From assembly GCA_051251855.1 (NCBI GenBank), contig JBPOGI010000002.1:704001-768000 (forward strand): a DNA stretch of 64,000 nucleotides. The letters run 5' to 3'. The notes beneath the pieces are model-generated. The model did no database searches. It was not told the origin of the DNA and saw nothing but the letters and a program-made list of their open reading frames with translations. Position 1 is the stretch's first letter; every line of letters starts with the position of its first letter. This document shows, in pieces, positions 18,901 through 29,879 of this stretch. This DNA is from Roseibacillus sp. (lineage in GTDB: Bacteria > Verrucomicrobiota > Verrucomicrobiia > Verrucomicrobiales > Akkermansiaceae). The translations under genes and the position numbers were made by a program.

Positions 18901-19572
18901 CTATTGGTCCAAATAGCTTGCAAGTGACTCGCGGAGAGTGCCTCGGGCGCGAAAAAGCTGAGATTTAACTGCTGAGACGGTGAGGTCGAGGACTTCGGCG
19001 ATTTCCTCGTAGGGAAGGTTTTGGTAGCGACGAAGGACGACAGCGAGGCGTTGTTTTTCGGGGAGAGCCTCGATGGCTTGGTCGATAGCGCTCTGAAGTT
19101 CGGCATTGAGATGCTCGTTATCAGGCTGCTGGTTGGGATTGGTGGGGAGCTCGAGCTCGTATTCGTCCTTCCGTTGATCGAGTGAGGATTCTTTGCGTCG
19201 AGATTTACGTCGAGTCTCGTTGAAGACCAGATTGCGGGTGATGGTGTAGAGAAAGGTGGTGAATTTGGCGCTTGGTTGGTAGCGAGCGCGGGACTTCCAC
19301 AATCGCAGAAAGACTTGTTGTGCAATGTCTTCGGCCTCACTGGCGTTGCCGAGCATCTTGGCGACGGTGCCGACGACGGCGTTCTGATGGCGCTCAATGA
19401 GCTCACGAAAGACTTCGTGGTCGCCTGTGGCTTGAACCTGGAGCATCAGCTCCACGTCCCGCGCGTTTTCTTGTTCCGGGTCGGGGGGCATTTCACTCAT
19501 CTGCGCAACGGCTACCATCGATAGGTAGGAAAGAACCGCACGGCGAGACGGAAGTTGCGGGGAAATCGTCAA
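18901..19572 (-). CDS. ECF (RpoE-like) sigma-70 factor; true start probably somewhat downstream
   Basis: AEDIAQQVFLRLW, KFTTFLYTI.RN, LPEKQR, YEEIAEVL...VKSQLFRAR. Confidence 0.9.
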   Translation of the reverse strand: MTISPQLPSRRAVLSYLSMVAVAQMSEMPPDPEQENARDVELMLQVQATGDHEVFRELIERHQNAVVGTVAKMLGNASEAEDIAQQVFLRLWKSRARYQPSAKFTTFLYTITRNLVFNETRRKSRRKESSLDQRKDEYELELPTNPNQQPDNEHLNAELQSAIDQAIEALPEKQRLAVVLRRYQNLPYEEIAEVLDLTVSAVKSQLFRARGTLRESLASYLDQ

Positions 19573-19717
19573 ATAGTGGATTCTTGTTAATTTGGCACAG
19601 ACTTTGTTTTAACTTTTCCGTGACAGAGTTTTTCTTGCCGATTTTGAGAAAGAGGGGAACTTTGTTGTGTAGACATTGTGTTGGCATCGGGCTGAGTCTG
19701 TGCCCATTCTTTTTTTA

Positions 19718-20377
19718 GTGAAAAAAATCCCCAGTAGAGGCTTTAGCCTTGTCGAACTCCTCGTTGTGATGGGGATTATGGTGTTGTTCCTTGTCATGGG
19801 GGCTTCGCTCTTTCGTGGCGTGGGGAGGGGTGAGAGCCGAGAGGCTGTGCGGTCATTGATTCTCGCTGGTCTCAACAATGCGCAAACACGGGCAATTTCT
19901 TCGGGGGAATCGGTGGGGATGGTGATGATGCCCTATGAAGAAGGGCGCGTGGGACAGATGGGTCGATCTTTTACCATCTTTGAGGTGAAGAAAGATGATG
20001 TGACGGGAGACTTTGTGGCCGGCAAGCAATTGCGAAGGTGGGCCTTGCTACCGGGGCGCTTCGTTTTCTCGAAGGGGTTCACTGTTTCAGAGTCAGGGCA
20101 GAACGCCTACAATCAGCCCAATGTGGTCAACGTTTCGATTCGGGAAGGGAATGGGGGGAGCAAGCGGAGTGTAGATATGCCTGCGATTATTTTTGGCGGG
20201 ACGGGCAACGTGATCTGGCCCGCAGGAGAAGCGGAATTGGAATTGCACATGATGGAGGGCAAGATTCTTGACGGCGTGGTCACTGGATCCAGTGTTGGGG
20301 AAGATGAGTGGCAGAAGCGGGAAGTGATCGTTATCGGAAGGCAGACGGGAAGAGCCCGATATTTACAAACTCAGTGA
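19718..20377 (+). CDS. Prepilin-type protein (Verru_Chthon cassette D / FimT-like)
   Basis: GTG start; RGFSLVELLVVMGI class III signal; C-terminal I...TGR. Confidence 0.75.
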   Translation: MKKIPSRGFSLVELLVVMGIMVLFLVMGASLFRGVGRGESREAVRSLILAGLNNAQTRAISSGESVGMVMMPYEEGRVGQMGRSFTIFEVKKDDVTGDFVAGKQLRRWALLPGRFVFSKGFTVSESGQNAYNQPNVVNVSIREGNGGSKRSVDMPAIIFGGTGNVIWPAGEAELELHMMEGKILDGVVTGSSVGEDEWQKREVIVIGRQTGRARYLQTQ

Positions 20378-20949
20378 GACAAGGAATTCCAGAGGTCCGC
20401 GGGCATGGCTACACTCTTACCGAGGTGATTCTCGCGATGGCAGTGATGGCCGTTTCGGTGCCCTTGATTTTGGGGCTGGTGGTTGCAGGAGGGGAAGCGA
20501 GTCGACAGGCTGAGCGAGAGACGCGGGGAGTGATGACAGCAAGGACGGTTTTTGAAGAGATTCGAAGGGCGCAGAACGGGAACAGTGCCTTTATCGACGA
20601 GGTCGATTTACCGTGGGCTGAGAATACGGAGGAGTCGATGATGGACGGAACGGCTTCGGCTTCAGGCGACGAAGCTGACGAGTGGCTCATTTTTGAGCTG
20701 AATGTCGATGGTGATATTTTAAGGAAGTCCGATGATATGGAGTACGATGGTCGCTGGTCTGGGGAAGGGGTAGAGGTTGTGAGTCTGGCTGCGGTGCGAG
20801 GATACTTTCAGGAGGTGGAGGATGTTGAGTTGGCTGATGGGGAACCTCTGAATGTCTTTCTCGTCGAGGTTCGAGTAGAAACTCCAGCTCGCGCGGAGGC
20901 CAAGAATCGAACGCGCTTAACCTTTGTTAGAAGTGATTCCTTAAAATGA
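20374..20949 (+). CDS. Prepilin-type protein (Verru_Chthon cassette B-like)
   Basis: GTGA overlap with previous stop; HGYTLTEVILAMAV...ILGL. Confidence 0.75.
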   Translation: MRQGIPEVRGHGYTLTEVILAMAVMAVSVPLILGLVVAGGEASRQAERETRGVMTARTVFEEIRRAQNGNSAFIDEVDLPWAENTEESMMDGTASASGDEADEWLIFELNVDGDILRKSDDMEYDGRWSGEGVEVVSLAAVRGYFQEVEDVELADGEPLNVFLVEVRVETPARAEAKNRTRLTFVRSDSLK

Positions 20950-21722
20950 AATCGTCACTCACAATATCAAAAGCGAGAGCGGGCTTTTCGTTGATTGAGG
21001 TCCTTGTTGCGGCGGGAGTAGGCACTGCGATTATTCTCATGATGGCCATGGCAATGAGGGTGGGCACTGATGGTTTCAATGAGGCGACCCGTCGCATTGA
21101 TGCGTTGGTAGAGGCGAGGGCGGCATTAGGAGTGATGGCGGATGATGTCTCAACCATGGTTGGAACTGGGGAAGAAGAATTTGGGTGGTCCGAGAGTGAG
21201 GAGCGATTCCACGAAGTGTGGTTTTTAAGCGTGAAGCCGATTGAGGCTCAGGATCCTGAGAAGGCGGTAGGTGATGTTTGTTTTGTTCACTACTTTACGG
21301 CAGTCACTCCGGATGCTCCAGTTGAAGGTGCCGCCTCTTCACGTAAGCTCTACCGCCGCTTGCTGAGTAGTGGAGATGTCATTAACGATATCGCTGCAGG
21401 GAAGCTCCCTGAGCCAGATCCTGACCCTGATCGAGCGGAAGCAATTGCCTTTAACGTAACGAGGTTCGAGGCGCAGCCGCTTGCGAGGCCCGTCGAGGAA
21501 GGCCCCTTGATTGAGTGGGTGCAAGGAGGAGGTTTGCCGGTCTCGTTGGGTATCGATTTTCAGGTGGTTGATGGAGATACGGCCGCGCTGATGCGTAGCG
21601 AAGAGGACTGGAATCTCACCTCTCAATTAGCACAAACTCTCATTCTGACTGAGGGTGATGACGATGAATCTAACAAAGGACGCGACTTTCAACTAAACCT
21701 CGAAATAGGCCATGCAAACTAA
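20946..21722 (+). CDS. Prepilin-type protein (Verru_Chthon cassette C / PilW-like)
   Basis: AGFSLIEVLVAAGV; EARAAL..MADD. Confidence 0.75.
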   Translation: MKSSLTISKARAGFSLIEVLVAAGVGTAIILMMAMAMRVGTDGFNEATRRIDALVEARAALGVMADDVSTMVGTGEEEFGWSESEERFHEVWFLSVKPIEAQDPEKAVGDVCFVHYFTAVTPDAPVEGAASSRKLYRRLLSSGDVINDIAAGKLPEPDPDPDRAEAIAFNVTRFEAQPLARPVEEGPLIEWVQGGGLPVSLGIDFQVVDGDTAALMRSEEDWNLTSQLAQTLILTEGDDDESNKGRDFQLNLEIGHAN

Positions 21723-24700
21723 TATCCCCCAATTTTGCGCATTCAAAAGCAGACTTTCATCAGGCTTCGCTCTGCCGGCAGTGCTGATCATTTCCACAGG
21801 TGTTCTCATTTTGTTGGTGACTTTGATGACCATCGTGGAATTGGAACGCACGACGTCCAAAGCGCGTGTGGGTTCTTATCAGGCGGACTTGGCTGTCGAG
21901 TCAGGTTTCGAAGAGGCGAAGATGATTTTGGCTGGAGCTACTGCTTCTGACAGTTACGCCATCGGAGTGGTTCCTTTTGCCGCAGAGTTTGATGATAATG
22001 ATGACGGCACCATTTCCTCAGAGGAGGATGGTAACCTGAGTATTGCCAACGAAGAAAAGGGGCGTCCCTATCTTTATGCCATTCAAGGGGAGGTCGAAGG
22101 CGGTGGGGTGAATTTTCGAATGACGCCTCTCTTTGCCACCCACGAGGGGCCAGGAACGCAGGCTGTTAATAGGGACGGGGAGTTGACTCTGCCCACCGAA
22201 CCTGGGCTGTCGCTTCAGCAAAAGAGCAATCTGGATAATCGGGTCGCAGTGAGGGGGACGCCGCATATTCAAGCGCCGGTCACCGCTTGGAGGACGATTA
22301 GGGACGATGAGGACATTCCGATTGCTCGTTACTCTTATTGGGTGGAAGACATGCAAGGCTATCTCGATGCTGAACAGGTTGCTGGCAATAGGCGTAATAG
22401 CGGGGCGCATGGTCGAGCCAATGAGGTATGGACGCAGCAGGTTGATTTGTGGAATGAGGAAGTGAGTTCAATTGCTGAAAAGTACGTTGAAGATGGCGGA
22501 GCGGTGCCGTTGTGGCCTGCGCCAGGACTGAATCCAGCCTATGCGAAAGCAGTGACCGGAGAAGATGAAGCGGTTGCAGAAGAGAGCCTTTTGAGTGAAA
22601 TAGCGGTCTTTACTTTGGACCAAAGTAAACCTGGGGTGAAGGATGAGAGCGACCTTGACGATTCCATGAGGGAGCTGGCGCCCAAAGCTCCGACACCAGC
22701 CTCTTTGTTAGCTCTTTCTGGGGTGGAAGCTCCCTTGGAGCGGGTGCCGGAAGGGGTTGAGCGAGGCCGGCTGGAATTAAAGGGTGGAGGCGATCCTGAG
22801 CCTCGATGGATTGAAGAGAGTTTTGTCACTGGCAATCAATCGTGGGAGGAATTTGCGCTCATACCCTTTGCGCCCGGGTTGGATCCCGGTGTGATGGGTG
22901 AGCTACGGCTGAATTTGAACGAGAAACTCGAAGAGTTGGAGGGAGCTACCGCTGCCGCTGGTGGGACTGTCTCGCAAGGGGTGGTCGAGGAGATTGCGGA
23001 CCACATTGCGGAGGCTCTCCCAAGATTTTCTTCTCAAAGGCGAGGTGGATTTGGCGATTGGCAAGAGGGCGACGAGCAGGATGCTGCTTACCTGAAAACT
23101 TTTGCGGCGAGCCTCATCGATTACGCAGACACCGATAGTGTGCCGACGATGGATGAAGACGAATATCGAGGAGTCGACTCTCATCCTTTCATCACGGAGT
23201 ATCTTATCACACATCGGATTGATGGTTTTGAGAAAAGGAACGGAGCCAACTTTATTGTGATCGAGGTCGAGACTTTTGCGGAGCTTTGGAACATGAGCAA
23301 CTATCCCGTCACTGGGAACTTTGAGTTAGGTTATATCAATCCGTTTGTTTTTGAAGCGTTGGGGAATCCTGAGATTGATTTCATGACTCCGCTTGATGAG
23401 ACCGTTCCGAGTTCATCGCAGAGTTGGTCGAGTCATTTCCTTACAAAGGATGAGGAAAGCAACCGTTGGTATTCGACGCCGAAGGAAGTCACCATTCCGG
23501 CCAACGGATACACGCTGGTTTCTACCGGAATTATCAGTAACCACATTTTGGTGTCGCCAAGTGGAGACTTCTTGCCTCTTCCGATCGAGCTTTCGATTCT
23601 CGAGCGTGAGGAAGTCGCAAATTATCGCTTGAAGTGGGATGATGTCTTGTGTGATCGCAGTGGGGGCGGGCTCGAACTCACTACGATGACTCTAGATTTG
23701 TCGAGTCGGTCCCAAGTGACTAAGGCGGTCATTTGTGGGACGTGGGGAGAGTTTCGCAATTTCTACAGTGGGATGTATGACCCTCGTCAATCATGGTGGG
23801 CGGGGCTGGATAATGAAGAGGGAGTTGTTTCGGAGAATAGTTACCCTCAAAACTATAGTCCAGGTCGACGCACAGTGAGGTATGGTTCCATCGGGAGACA
23901 CGATGAAGATGCACTGCATGGCCGAGTCCTTGTGTCCCAGTGGCCTGATGGGGGGCATGATTCTTCCTTCGAGCTAGGGTCATTTCATAAGGCTGGGAGT
24001 GGGACAAGCGACCGAGCGCTTCGTCCAGATTCACCCGACCTCTATACAGAAGATATCGAAGCTGAACCTCTGAAGTCGCCTTTGTTCGTGTCAAATTTAG
24101 GCCGTTTTTTCAGCGAGTCAGAACTGGGCAATGTCTATGACCCCCACATGTGGCAGCACAAAAGCAAGCCCAGTAATACTCAAGAGATTTGGTATCAGGG
24201 GAGTGCGAGCGATAGCCGGAATAACAATGTTCCGGAGGTTGAGGTGGCATCGAAGCCGTCGACCGTGGTGGGAGGTGGCAACACGATGCGTATCGGGCGG
24301 CCTGAGCATGCTCGTTTCGATGAAATCGGGGTTCGTGCTTCTCATTTGTTAGACCTCTTTCATTGCGGGGAGCCCTACTCCATCACCTTGAGTGAGCAAA
24401 CGGGGGACAAGCGGCGTGTTCAGGGACAGGTGAATGTGAATACGGCATCACGTGAGGTCTTGCGAAGTCTAGTGGCAGGTATTTTGGCAACTGACCCTGA
24501 GATTTGTAAGCAACTCAACTCGTTCAATACGCGAGATACTTTCGCTCCACGGACCTCGGATCGATTTGAGAAGATTTCGGCAACTGACGCCATTTCTGGT
24601 AAGGGAGGTTTGACCGATGAAGGGGGTGCAATTGCGGATGCTATTATTGCCAGTCGACCTTTTGTCTCGCGTTCACAACTAGCAAGTTTGATCTATCCTT

Positions 24701-25032
24701 CGGGACTTGGGTTGGATTCCGATTTAGTGGGGAAGGCTGTCTTTGGAAACAAGCTCAACCACGACTCAGATGCCGATTTACAAATGAGTGATCGCGCTAT
24801 GGAGGAAGTTTTCTCCCGCGTTTATAACTCGACGACAGTAAGAAGCCGCAATTTTCGGATTCATGTGATTGGACAGGCTCTCGAGCAAACTCCTTCGGGG
24901 AATCTGCGAATCAAAGCGACGCGAAAGAAAAGCTATCGCGTCTTCGTGAATCCTGGTGAACAAAATTCTGAATTCGGTGACTTCGATCCTCAGCAAGTCA
25001 CGATAGAAACAAGCTATGAAACAAATCTATAA
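21712..25032 (+). CDS. Large PilX/GspK-like protein (Verru_Chthon cassette A-like)
   Basis: SGFALPAVLII (no Glu5), RYSYWVED, LIDYAD.D, G.VNVNTAS..VL, TTVRSRNFRI...GQ. Confidence 0.75.
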   Translation: MQTNIPQFCAFKSRLSSGFALPAVLIISTGVLILLVTLMTIVELERTTSKARVGSYQADLAVESGFEEAKMILAGATASDSYAIGVVPFAAEFDDNDDGTISSEEDGNLSIANEEKGRPYLYAIQGEVEGGGVNFRMTPLFATHEGPGTQAVNRDGELTLPTEPGLSLQQKSNLDNRVAVRGTPHIQAPVTAWRTIRDDEDIPIARYSYWVEDMQGYLDAEQVAGNRRNSGAHGRANEVWTQQVDLWNEEVSSIAEKYVEDGGAVPLWPAPGLNPAYAKAVTGEDEAVAEESLLSEIAVFTLDQSKPGVKDESDLDDSMRELAPKAPTPASLLALSGVEAPLERVPEGVERGRLELKGGGDPEPRWIEESFVTGNQSWEEFALIPFAPGLDPGVMGELRLNLNEKLEELEGATAAAGGTVSQGVVEEIADHIAEALPRFSSQRRGGFGDWQEGDEQDAAYLKTFAASLIDYADTDSVPTMDEDEYRGVDSHPFITEYLITHRIDGFEKRNGANFIVIEVETFAELWNMSNYPVTGNFELGYINPFVFEALGNPEIDFMTPLDETVPSSSQSWSSHFLTKDEESNRWYSTPKEVTIPANGYTLVSTGIISNHILVSPSGDFLPLPIELSILEREEVANYRLKWDDVLCDRSGGGLELTTMTLDLSSRSQVTKAVICGTWGEFRNFYSGMYDPRQSWWAGLDNEEGVVSENSYPQNYSPGRRTVRYGSIGRHDEDALHGRVLVSQWPDGGHDSSFELGSFHKAGSGTSDRALRPDSPDLYTEDIEAEPLKSPLFVSNLGRFFSESELGNVYDPHMWQHKSKPSNTQEIWYQGSASDSRNNNVPEVEVASKPSTVVGGGNTMRIGRPEHARFDEIGVRASHLLDLFHCGEPYSITLSEQTGDKRRVQGQVNVNTASREVLRSLVAGILATDPEICKQLNSFNTRDTFAPRTSDRFEKISATDAISGKGGLTDEGGAIADAIIASRPFVSRSQLASLIYPSGLGLDSDLVGKAVFGNKLNHDSDADLQMSDRAMEEVFSRVYNSTTVRSRNFRIHVIGQALEQTPSGNLRIKATRKKSYRVFVNPGEQNSEFGDFDPQQVTIETSYETNL

Positions 25033-25693
25033 ATTTCTCTGGATACTCTTTATTCCTTTGCTGCAGGCACAGGAGCCGCCTCCGAATATGGGCTTTTTGC
25101 GCTTCATGAATCTCGTGGATGCGGGCGAAGGCAAGACTAAGCTTCGGATCAATGGGAAGGACATCTGGGAACCAGGTTATAGGCTGGGGCAAAAGACGGG
25201 CGCTTTGCCCTACTCTAACGGAACCTTAGACGTGGTGGTCTCCAAAGAGGGCTGCATTACCGCAGAGCGTGAAGTTGAGGTCGAAAAGGGGAAGTCGCAG
25301 ACCATCGTGGCGTTTGCTGAAGAAGTGTTTGATGACGAGGGAGTCTCCTTAGGCTGGGGCGTTAAGTTGGCTAGGCTATCTCAGCATACTCCTGAGAAGG
25401 GGCTGGTGGTGACCTTCATTTCCTTCTGTAAGGAAGACGCCATCGATTTGGAAATCGATGAATCCCAGAGCGACAAGCAATTCACTCAGACTGTCTATAA
25501 GCGAAAGACCGCGAGGCTGAAGCTGGTCGACAGTGGAAGAGTGCGGGCCTCGGTAAAGTGCAATGGAGAGCACATCGGAAGCATCAAGGTAGATGATCAA
25601 GGAAACTATGTGGCCATGATCTACCAAGGCGACGACGGGAAACGAAAGATGAAGGTCTTCTTCGATCCGAATTTCATGATTTCAGGAAGTTAA
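25016..25693 (+). CDS. Secreted hypothetical protein, last gene of the pilin cassette
   Basis: Signal peptide ending LQA; overlaps previous stop; beta-rich. Confidence 0.7.
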   Translation: MKQIYKFLWILFIPLLQAQEPPPNMGFLRFMNLVDAGEGKTKLRINGKDIWEPGYRLGQKTGALPYSNGTLDVVVSKEGCITAEREVEVEKGKSQTIVAFAEEVFDDEGVSLGWGVKLARLSQHTPEKGLVVTFISFCKEDAIDLEIDESQSDKQFTQTVYKRKTARLKLVDSGRVRASVKCNGEHIGSIKVDDQGNYVAMIYQGDDGKRKMKVFFDPNFMISGS

Positions 25694-25694
25694 A

Positions 25695-27167
25695 ATGAGT
25701 AGATTCAATCGTCGACAGTTTTTGACAAGCTCTGCAGCCACCCTTGCATTGGCGGGAAAGGGGAGGGCGCAGGAAGCTTCGTCTGAGCTCGCTATTTTTC
25801 ACACGACGGATTTGCATGGGCATATTTTGCCAACAGCATCCTATGGCGGTGAGGATGACTTGGGGGGGCTGGCCCGATGCGCGAGTCAGATTCGAGCTTG
25901 GCGCAAGGAATCGCCCGAGAACCTTTTGCTCGATATTGGTGATGTCTATCAAGGCACGTTGGTGAGCTGGCAGACCCGTGGTAAGCTAATGATCGATCTC
26001 TTTAATAAGATGGGATACGACGCTTGGGTTTTGGGGAATCACGAATTTGATTGGGGTCCAGAGGTCGTTGAGGAGGCGTTGAATCGTTCTCACATGCCAG
26101 CCTTGGCTGCCAATGTGAAGCTGGACGGCAAGCTTGTCGGAGCGGATCGCGATGAGGGGCTTTTTCAGAAGTTAAAGCCTTGGATCATCAAAGAAGTGGG
26201 AGGAGAGAAGGTTGGGGTAGTCGGTTTGATTACTCCGGGTTTACCAGCTTGGTTACGAAAAGAGTTATTAGGGCCATTGGAGGCTGTGGACCCGGCGCCG
26301 GTGTTGAAGCGCTGTGTGGCGGAGTTGAAGGCAGAGGGGGCTACGAAGATTGTGGTCGCGGGTCACATGGGATTTCGGGAGAGAGGAGACGATTATGCCA
26401 ATCCGCTGGCACACACCTTGAAGGGCTCTGGCGTTCATGCTTATTTGGGTGCGCATTCACATCGTCGTAACGAACGGTGGTTGGTAGAGGGGGTTCCCTG
26501 TACGCAGGCGAGTTATCATGGGTTGGATTGCGGAAGAGTTCGCTTTATGGGGGACTTGGCTCGCATGGAGTTGAGTCGGATGGATAAGAGCGTCGAGTTG
26601 GACGCGATGGTAATGGAAGCTTCGGAGCCGTTTTTGGAGGAAGCTCAAGAGGAAAAAAAACGGAATGTCGGTGAGATTCCGGCTGAGATTCGAGGGAAAG
26701 ATGCGGTGAGGGACTTTCTTTGTGAGTCGTTCCTAGCGGCAGCTTCAAAAGTGGGTCAGGAAGTGGATGCCGTTTTTCATGGCACCTTTGGGGGGAGCGA
26801 GATTCCAGCAGGAGGTTTCTCTGTATCGGATGCGTGGAAGCTTTTGCCCTACGAAAATATGATGGTGGTGGGTGAGTTGACGAGTGAGGAGTTGGTGGCG
26901 ATTCTCAGAGAGGACAGCGCAGACCGTTATTCGGACCGAGTCCTGATGGGGCTGCAAGTGATTGAAGACGACGACGGAAAGCCGGTGGGGATTCAAGGGA
27001 CTCCGGAACGGAAGCGTTATCGGGTCCTGTTTAATAGTTATGACGCTCAGTCGGGAGGCCGCAAATTGAATGTTTTACGCGATTCGTTGGCGAAGCCGGC
27101 GGCCAAGTCGCAACTGCTTCCGTTAGGAACTCGTGAAGCATTGATTGATTACGTTGCGAATTTGTGA
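25695..27167 (+). CDS. Tat-exported bifunctional metallophosphatase/5'-nucleotidase
   Basis: RRQFL; HTTDLHG, D.GD, LGNHEFD, H.G, GAHSH; LLPYEN. Confidence 0.9.
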   Translation: MSRFNRRQFLTSSAATLALAGKGRAQEASSELAIFHTTDLHGHILPTASYGGEDDLGGLARCASQIRAWRKESPENLLLDIGDVYQGTLVSWQTRGKLMIDLFNKMGYDAWVLGNHEFDWGPEVVEEALNRSHMPALAANVKLDGKLVGADRDEGLFQKLKPWIIKEVGGEKVGVVGLITPGLPAWLRKELLGPLEAVDPAPVLKRCVAELKAEGATKIVVAGHMGFRERGDDYANPLAHTLKGSGVHAYLGAHSHRRNERWLVEGVPCTQASYHGLDCGRVRFMGDLARMELSRMDKSVELDAMVMEASEPFLEEAQEEKKRNVGEIPAEIRGKDAVRDFLCESFLAAASKVGQEVDAVFHGTFGGSEIPAGGFSVSDAWKLLPYENMMVVGELTSEELVAILREDSADRYSDRVLMGLQVIEDDDGKPVGIQGTPERKRYRVLFNSYDAQSGGRKLNVLRDSLAKPAAKSQLLPLGTREALIDYVANL

Positions 27168-27173
27168 GCTCAG

Positions 27174-27512
27174 ATGAAAGACGTGGAGTTCTATCTTTGC
27201 CCTGAATGCGGTGCTGACGTACCTGTGGGTTCAACCGAGTGTAAAGCTTGCGGGCCCCGCAAAGGAGCGCAAAAGATGAGGCGCAAGAAGCAGAAGACCG
27301 CGCGCAAGAAGCGGTCTTGGGAGCAGGATTCAAGCTATGACGGCTTGGGGCTCTCGGATGATGATTTTGACTACGAAGACTATGTCGAACGTGAGTTTGG
27401 CGGCAAGCCACACCGGCGCGTGGGAATCGCTTGGTATTGGTGGCTGACGGCTGTGGCCTTAGTGGCAGCAATGCTCTGGGCGACTATTGGCGGGCTTGGC
27501 TTTGGAGGGTAA
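27174..27512 (+). CDS. Zinc-ribbon membrane protein
   Basis: CPECG...CKACG; acidic DFDYEDY; C-terminal TM helix. Confidence 0.7.
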   Translation: MKDVEFYLCPECGADVPVGSTECKACGPRKGAQKMRRKKQKTARKKRSWEQDSSYDGLGLSDDDFDYEDYVEREFGGKPHRRVGIAWYWWLTAVALVAAMLWATIGGLGFGG

Positions 27513-29778
27513 TTGTGACTGCGCAGTATTTGTAGTTGGGTTGGCGGGAGTGGGGGTCGAAAGAGGAGTGGGTGAGTTTGTTGATCTCCTTATAGTGCAT
27601 GGGGAGGAAGACTTGGCCGGGTTGTACGGTGGGGGCGAAGTAAGCTTGGGCTGTGATGTTGGCGCGGCGGCTCGTGATCGTGACCTGGCTGCGGTCTGGA
27701 ATGTTGAGCTTTGCTGCGTCGTCGGGGTGGATTTCTAGGTAGCACTCTTGGGGGTAGAGTTTGCGGAGGATCTTTGATTTGTTGGTCCGGGTTTGGGTGT
27801 GCCATTGGCTGCTGGTGCCACGTCCGGTGAGAAGGATAAAGGGGAAGTCGTCGCAGGTGGGCTCGGCGAGAGGGGAAGGCTTATCAAAGAGGAATTTGGC
27901 TTTGCTGTTTGGGTGGTAGAATTTTCCGTCGCCGAAGAGGCGGCGTTCGCTGGTTGAAGGGAGAGCGGGTTTGTAACCCGTTTCACTACCAGATCCCATT
28001 TGAGGGTTCGGTTGGGCGGCTTGCAAAGCCACGCTCCCGTGAGGAAAAGGCCATTGGATTCCACCGGCTTGTTCGATGTGGTCGTGGTCTCGGATGCCAG
28101 TGATGTCACAGGGCTGGCCTTTGCTGAGAGACTTCATTGCTTGGAAGGCATCGTTGGGGGTAGGCCATTTTTTGAGGAAGTCACAGCCACCCCAGCGGTC
28201 GGCTAGGGCATGGACGATGCGGAAGTCAGTGAGGGCCTGACCAGGCGCTTCTTTGACTTGGCGAATGGTGCCAAAGCGGCGCTCGGAGTTAATAAAGGTG
28301 CCGTCTTTTTCACCCCAACCTGCGACGGGTAGCACGAGGTCAGCCATCTGTGCTGTTTCGGTAGTTTTGTAAATATCCTGCACGACAAGGAAGTCGAGTT
28401 TTTCCCGGATTCGAGCAAAATTCTCTTGAGCGATCCAGGAGTGGTTGGGGTTGGTTGCGATGACCCAAAGTCCTTTGATTTCGCCGCGGTCGATGGCGTC
28501 GATGATTTGGTCGTAGGCGTAGCCAGTTTCCTGTTGGATACGTTCTTCTTCGATGCCAATAATGCTGGCAACTTTGGCGCGGTGTTTGGCGTTGCCGAAA
28601 TCGTGACCACCCAGAAGGTTGGTAGTGTTAGAGAAGAGGCGGGAGCCCATGGCGTTGCATTGACCAGTGATGGAGTTGGCTCCGGTGCCGGGCTTTCCAA
28701 TGTTGCCGGTCATGAGGCAAAGGTTGATGATGGCTTGGGCTGTGCGGACTCCTTCGTAGCTCTGATTGACGCCCATGGTCCACCACCAAGAGACGCGCTT
28801 GCCTGGCTCGGATACGAGGTGCGCGAGAGATTCGATTTCGGCGACTGTTTGACCACATTGGGGAGAGATTACTTCGGGGGAGTAGTCTTTGAGGAACTCC
28901 TGGAAGCCCTCAAATCCCTCGGTATTGGCGAGGGATTCGTGGTCGAGGCGATTGTCACGTACGATGCAGTGGGCGACTGCGTAGAGCAAGGCGAGGTCGG
29001 ACTTCGGGGTGAGTGGGACGTGGCGGGTAGCAACTTGAGCAGTCTCGGTACGGCGAGGGTCGATGACTACGATTTCGGGACTTCGCTGATTACTCATCAC
29101 TCGTTGCCACATGATGGGGTGGGCGATGGCAGGATTTGCTCCGACGAAGACGAGAACGTCGGATTCTTCGAAGTCGGCATAGGTGTAGGGTGGCGCGTCG
29201 AAGCCGAAGGATTGTTTGTAGGCCACGACAGCGGTGGCCATGCATTGACGTGTGTTGCCATCACCGTGCTTGGTCCCGATGCCGAACTTGGCGAAAGAGC
29301 CAAGAAGGAAAAAGTCTTCACAGGTGATTTGTCCGGTGGAGATAAAGGCCACGGAGTCTTTGCCGTGTTCTTCTTGGATGGACTTAAAGTTGTCGCAGAA
29401 GGAATCGAGAGCGGTGTTCCAGTCGGTGGGCTTTCCGTTTAACAGAGGGGTGTCGGCACGTTCGTCGGAGTCGAGGACGGCGAGGGCTTCCCAACCTTTG
29501 GGACAGGCCATGCCGAGGTTGACGGGGTAGTCGACGTTGGGGGTGAGGTTGACTGGCTTGCCGTCTTTGAGGGAAATGGTGAGGCGGCAACCGGTGGAGC
29601 AGTAGCCACAGATGGAGGTGGTGGTGGTGTCGGGAGTGGCTTCGGCGGGGACTTGGCCGAGGCCGAATTTGCCGGGTTGGCGAAGAAGCTCGGAGGTGAG
29701 GGGGCCGGTGCGAGAGTGGAGTTGGGTGTGCTGTTTCACGAGGTTGCCCAGGCTCTTTTGTTTGGTGGAGATGGTCAT
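27484..29778 (-). CDS. Assimilatory-type nitrate reductase, Mo-bisPGD catalytic subunit (NasA/NarB-like)
   Basis: CGYCSTGC...CPKG Fe-S motif, [36 protein letters not shown]...[17 protein letters not shown]; no export signal. Confidence 0.9.
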   Translation of the reverse strand: MTISTKQKSLGNLVKQHTQLHSRTGPLTSELLRQPGKFGLGQVPAEATPDTTTTSICGYCSTGCRLTISLKDGKPVNLTPNVDYPVNLGMACPKGWEALAVLDSDERADTPLLNGKPTDWNTALDSFCDNFKSIQEEHGKDSVAFISTGQITCEDFFLLGSFAKFGIGTKHGDGNTRQCMATAVVAYKQSFGFDAPPYTYADFEESDVLVFVGANPAIAHPIMWQRVMSNQRSPEIVVIDPRRTETAQVATRHVPLTPKSDLALLYAVAHCIVRDNRLDHESLANTEGFEGFQEFLKDYSPEVISPQCGQTVAEIESLAHLVSEPGKRVSWWWTMGVNQSYEGVRTAQAIINLCLMTGNIGKPGTGANSITGQCNAMGSRLFSNTTNLLGGHDFGNAKHRAKVASIIGIEEERIQQETGYAYDQIIDAIDRGEIKGLWVIATNPNHSWIAQENFARIREKLDFLVVQDIYKTTETAQMADLVLPVAGWGEKDGTFINSERRFGTIRQVKEAPGQALTDFRIVHALADRWGGCDFLKKWPTPNDAFQAMKSLSKGQPCDITGIRDHDHIEQAGGIQWPFPHGSVALQAAQPNPQMGSGSETGYKPALPSTSERRLFGDGKFYHPNSKAKFLFDKPSPLAEPTCDDFPFILLTGRGTSSQWHTQTRTNKSKILRKLYPQECYLEIHPDDAAKLNIPDRSQVTITSRRANITAQAYFAPTVQPGQVFLPMHYKEINKLTHSSFDPHSRQPNYKYCAVTITLQSQARQ
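27959..28038. repeat. REP-like doublet inserted in frame in the nitrate reductase
   Basis: GGGAGAGCGGGTTTGTAACCCG ... CGGCTTGCAAAGCCACGCTCCC, 17/22 complementary; right arm shares 18 identical nt with intergenic 14449-14466. Confidence 0.75.
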
Positions 29779-29879
29779 GGTTGGATTGACGAGCTTGGAT
29801 TCTTTCGACGCAGAGCCACGGAGGTCTCAGTGTGGTCGCAGAGATTTTTTTGAGAGATTGGGGAGGTGAGACAGTGCTG

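Noticed and set aside
27484..29778. Formate dehydrogenase or periplasmic Nap, possibly Sec-containing
   Set aside because: Active-site region is NTRQCMA with Cys, there is no Tat signal, and the context is nirA/nrt
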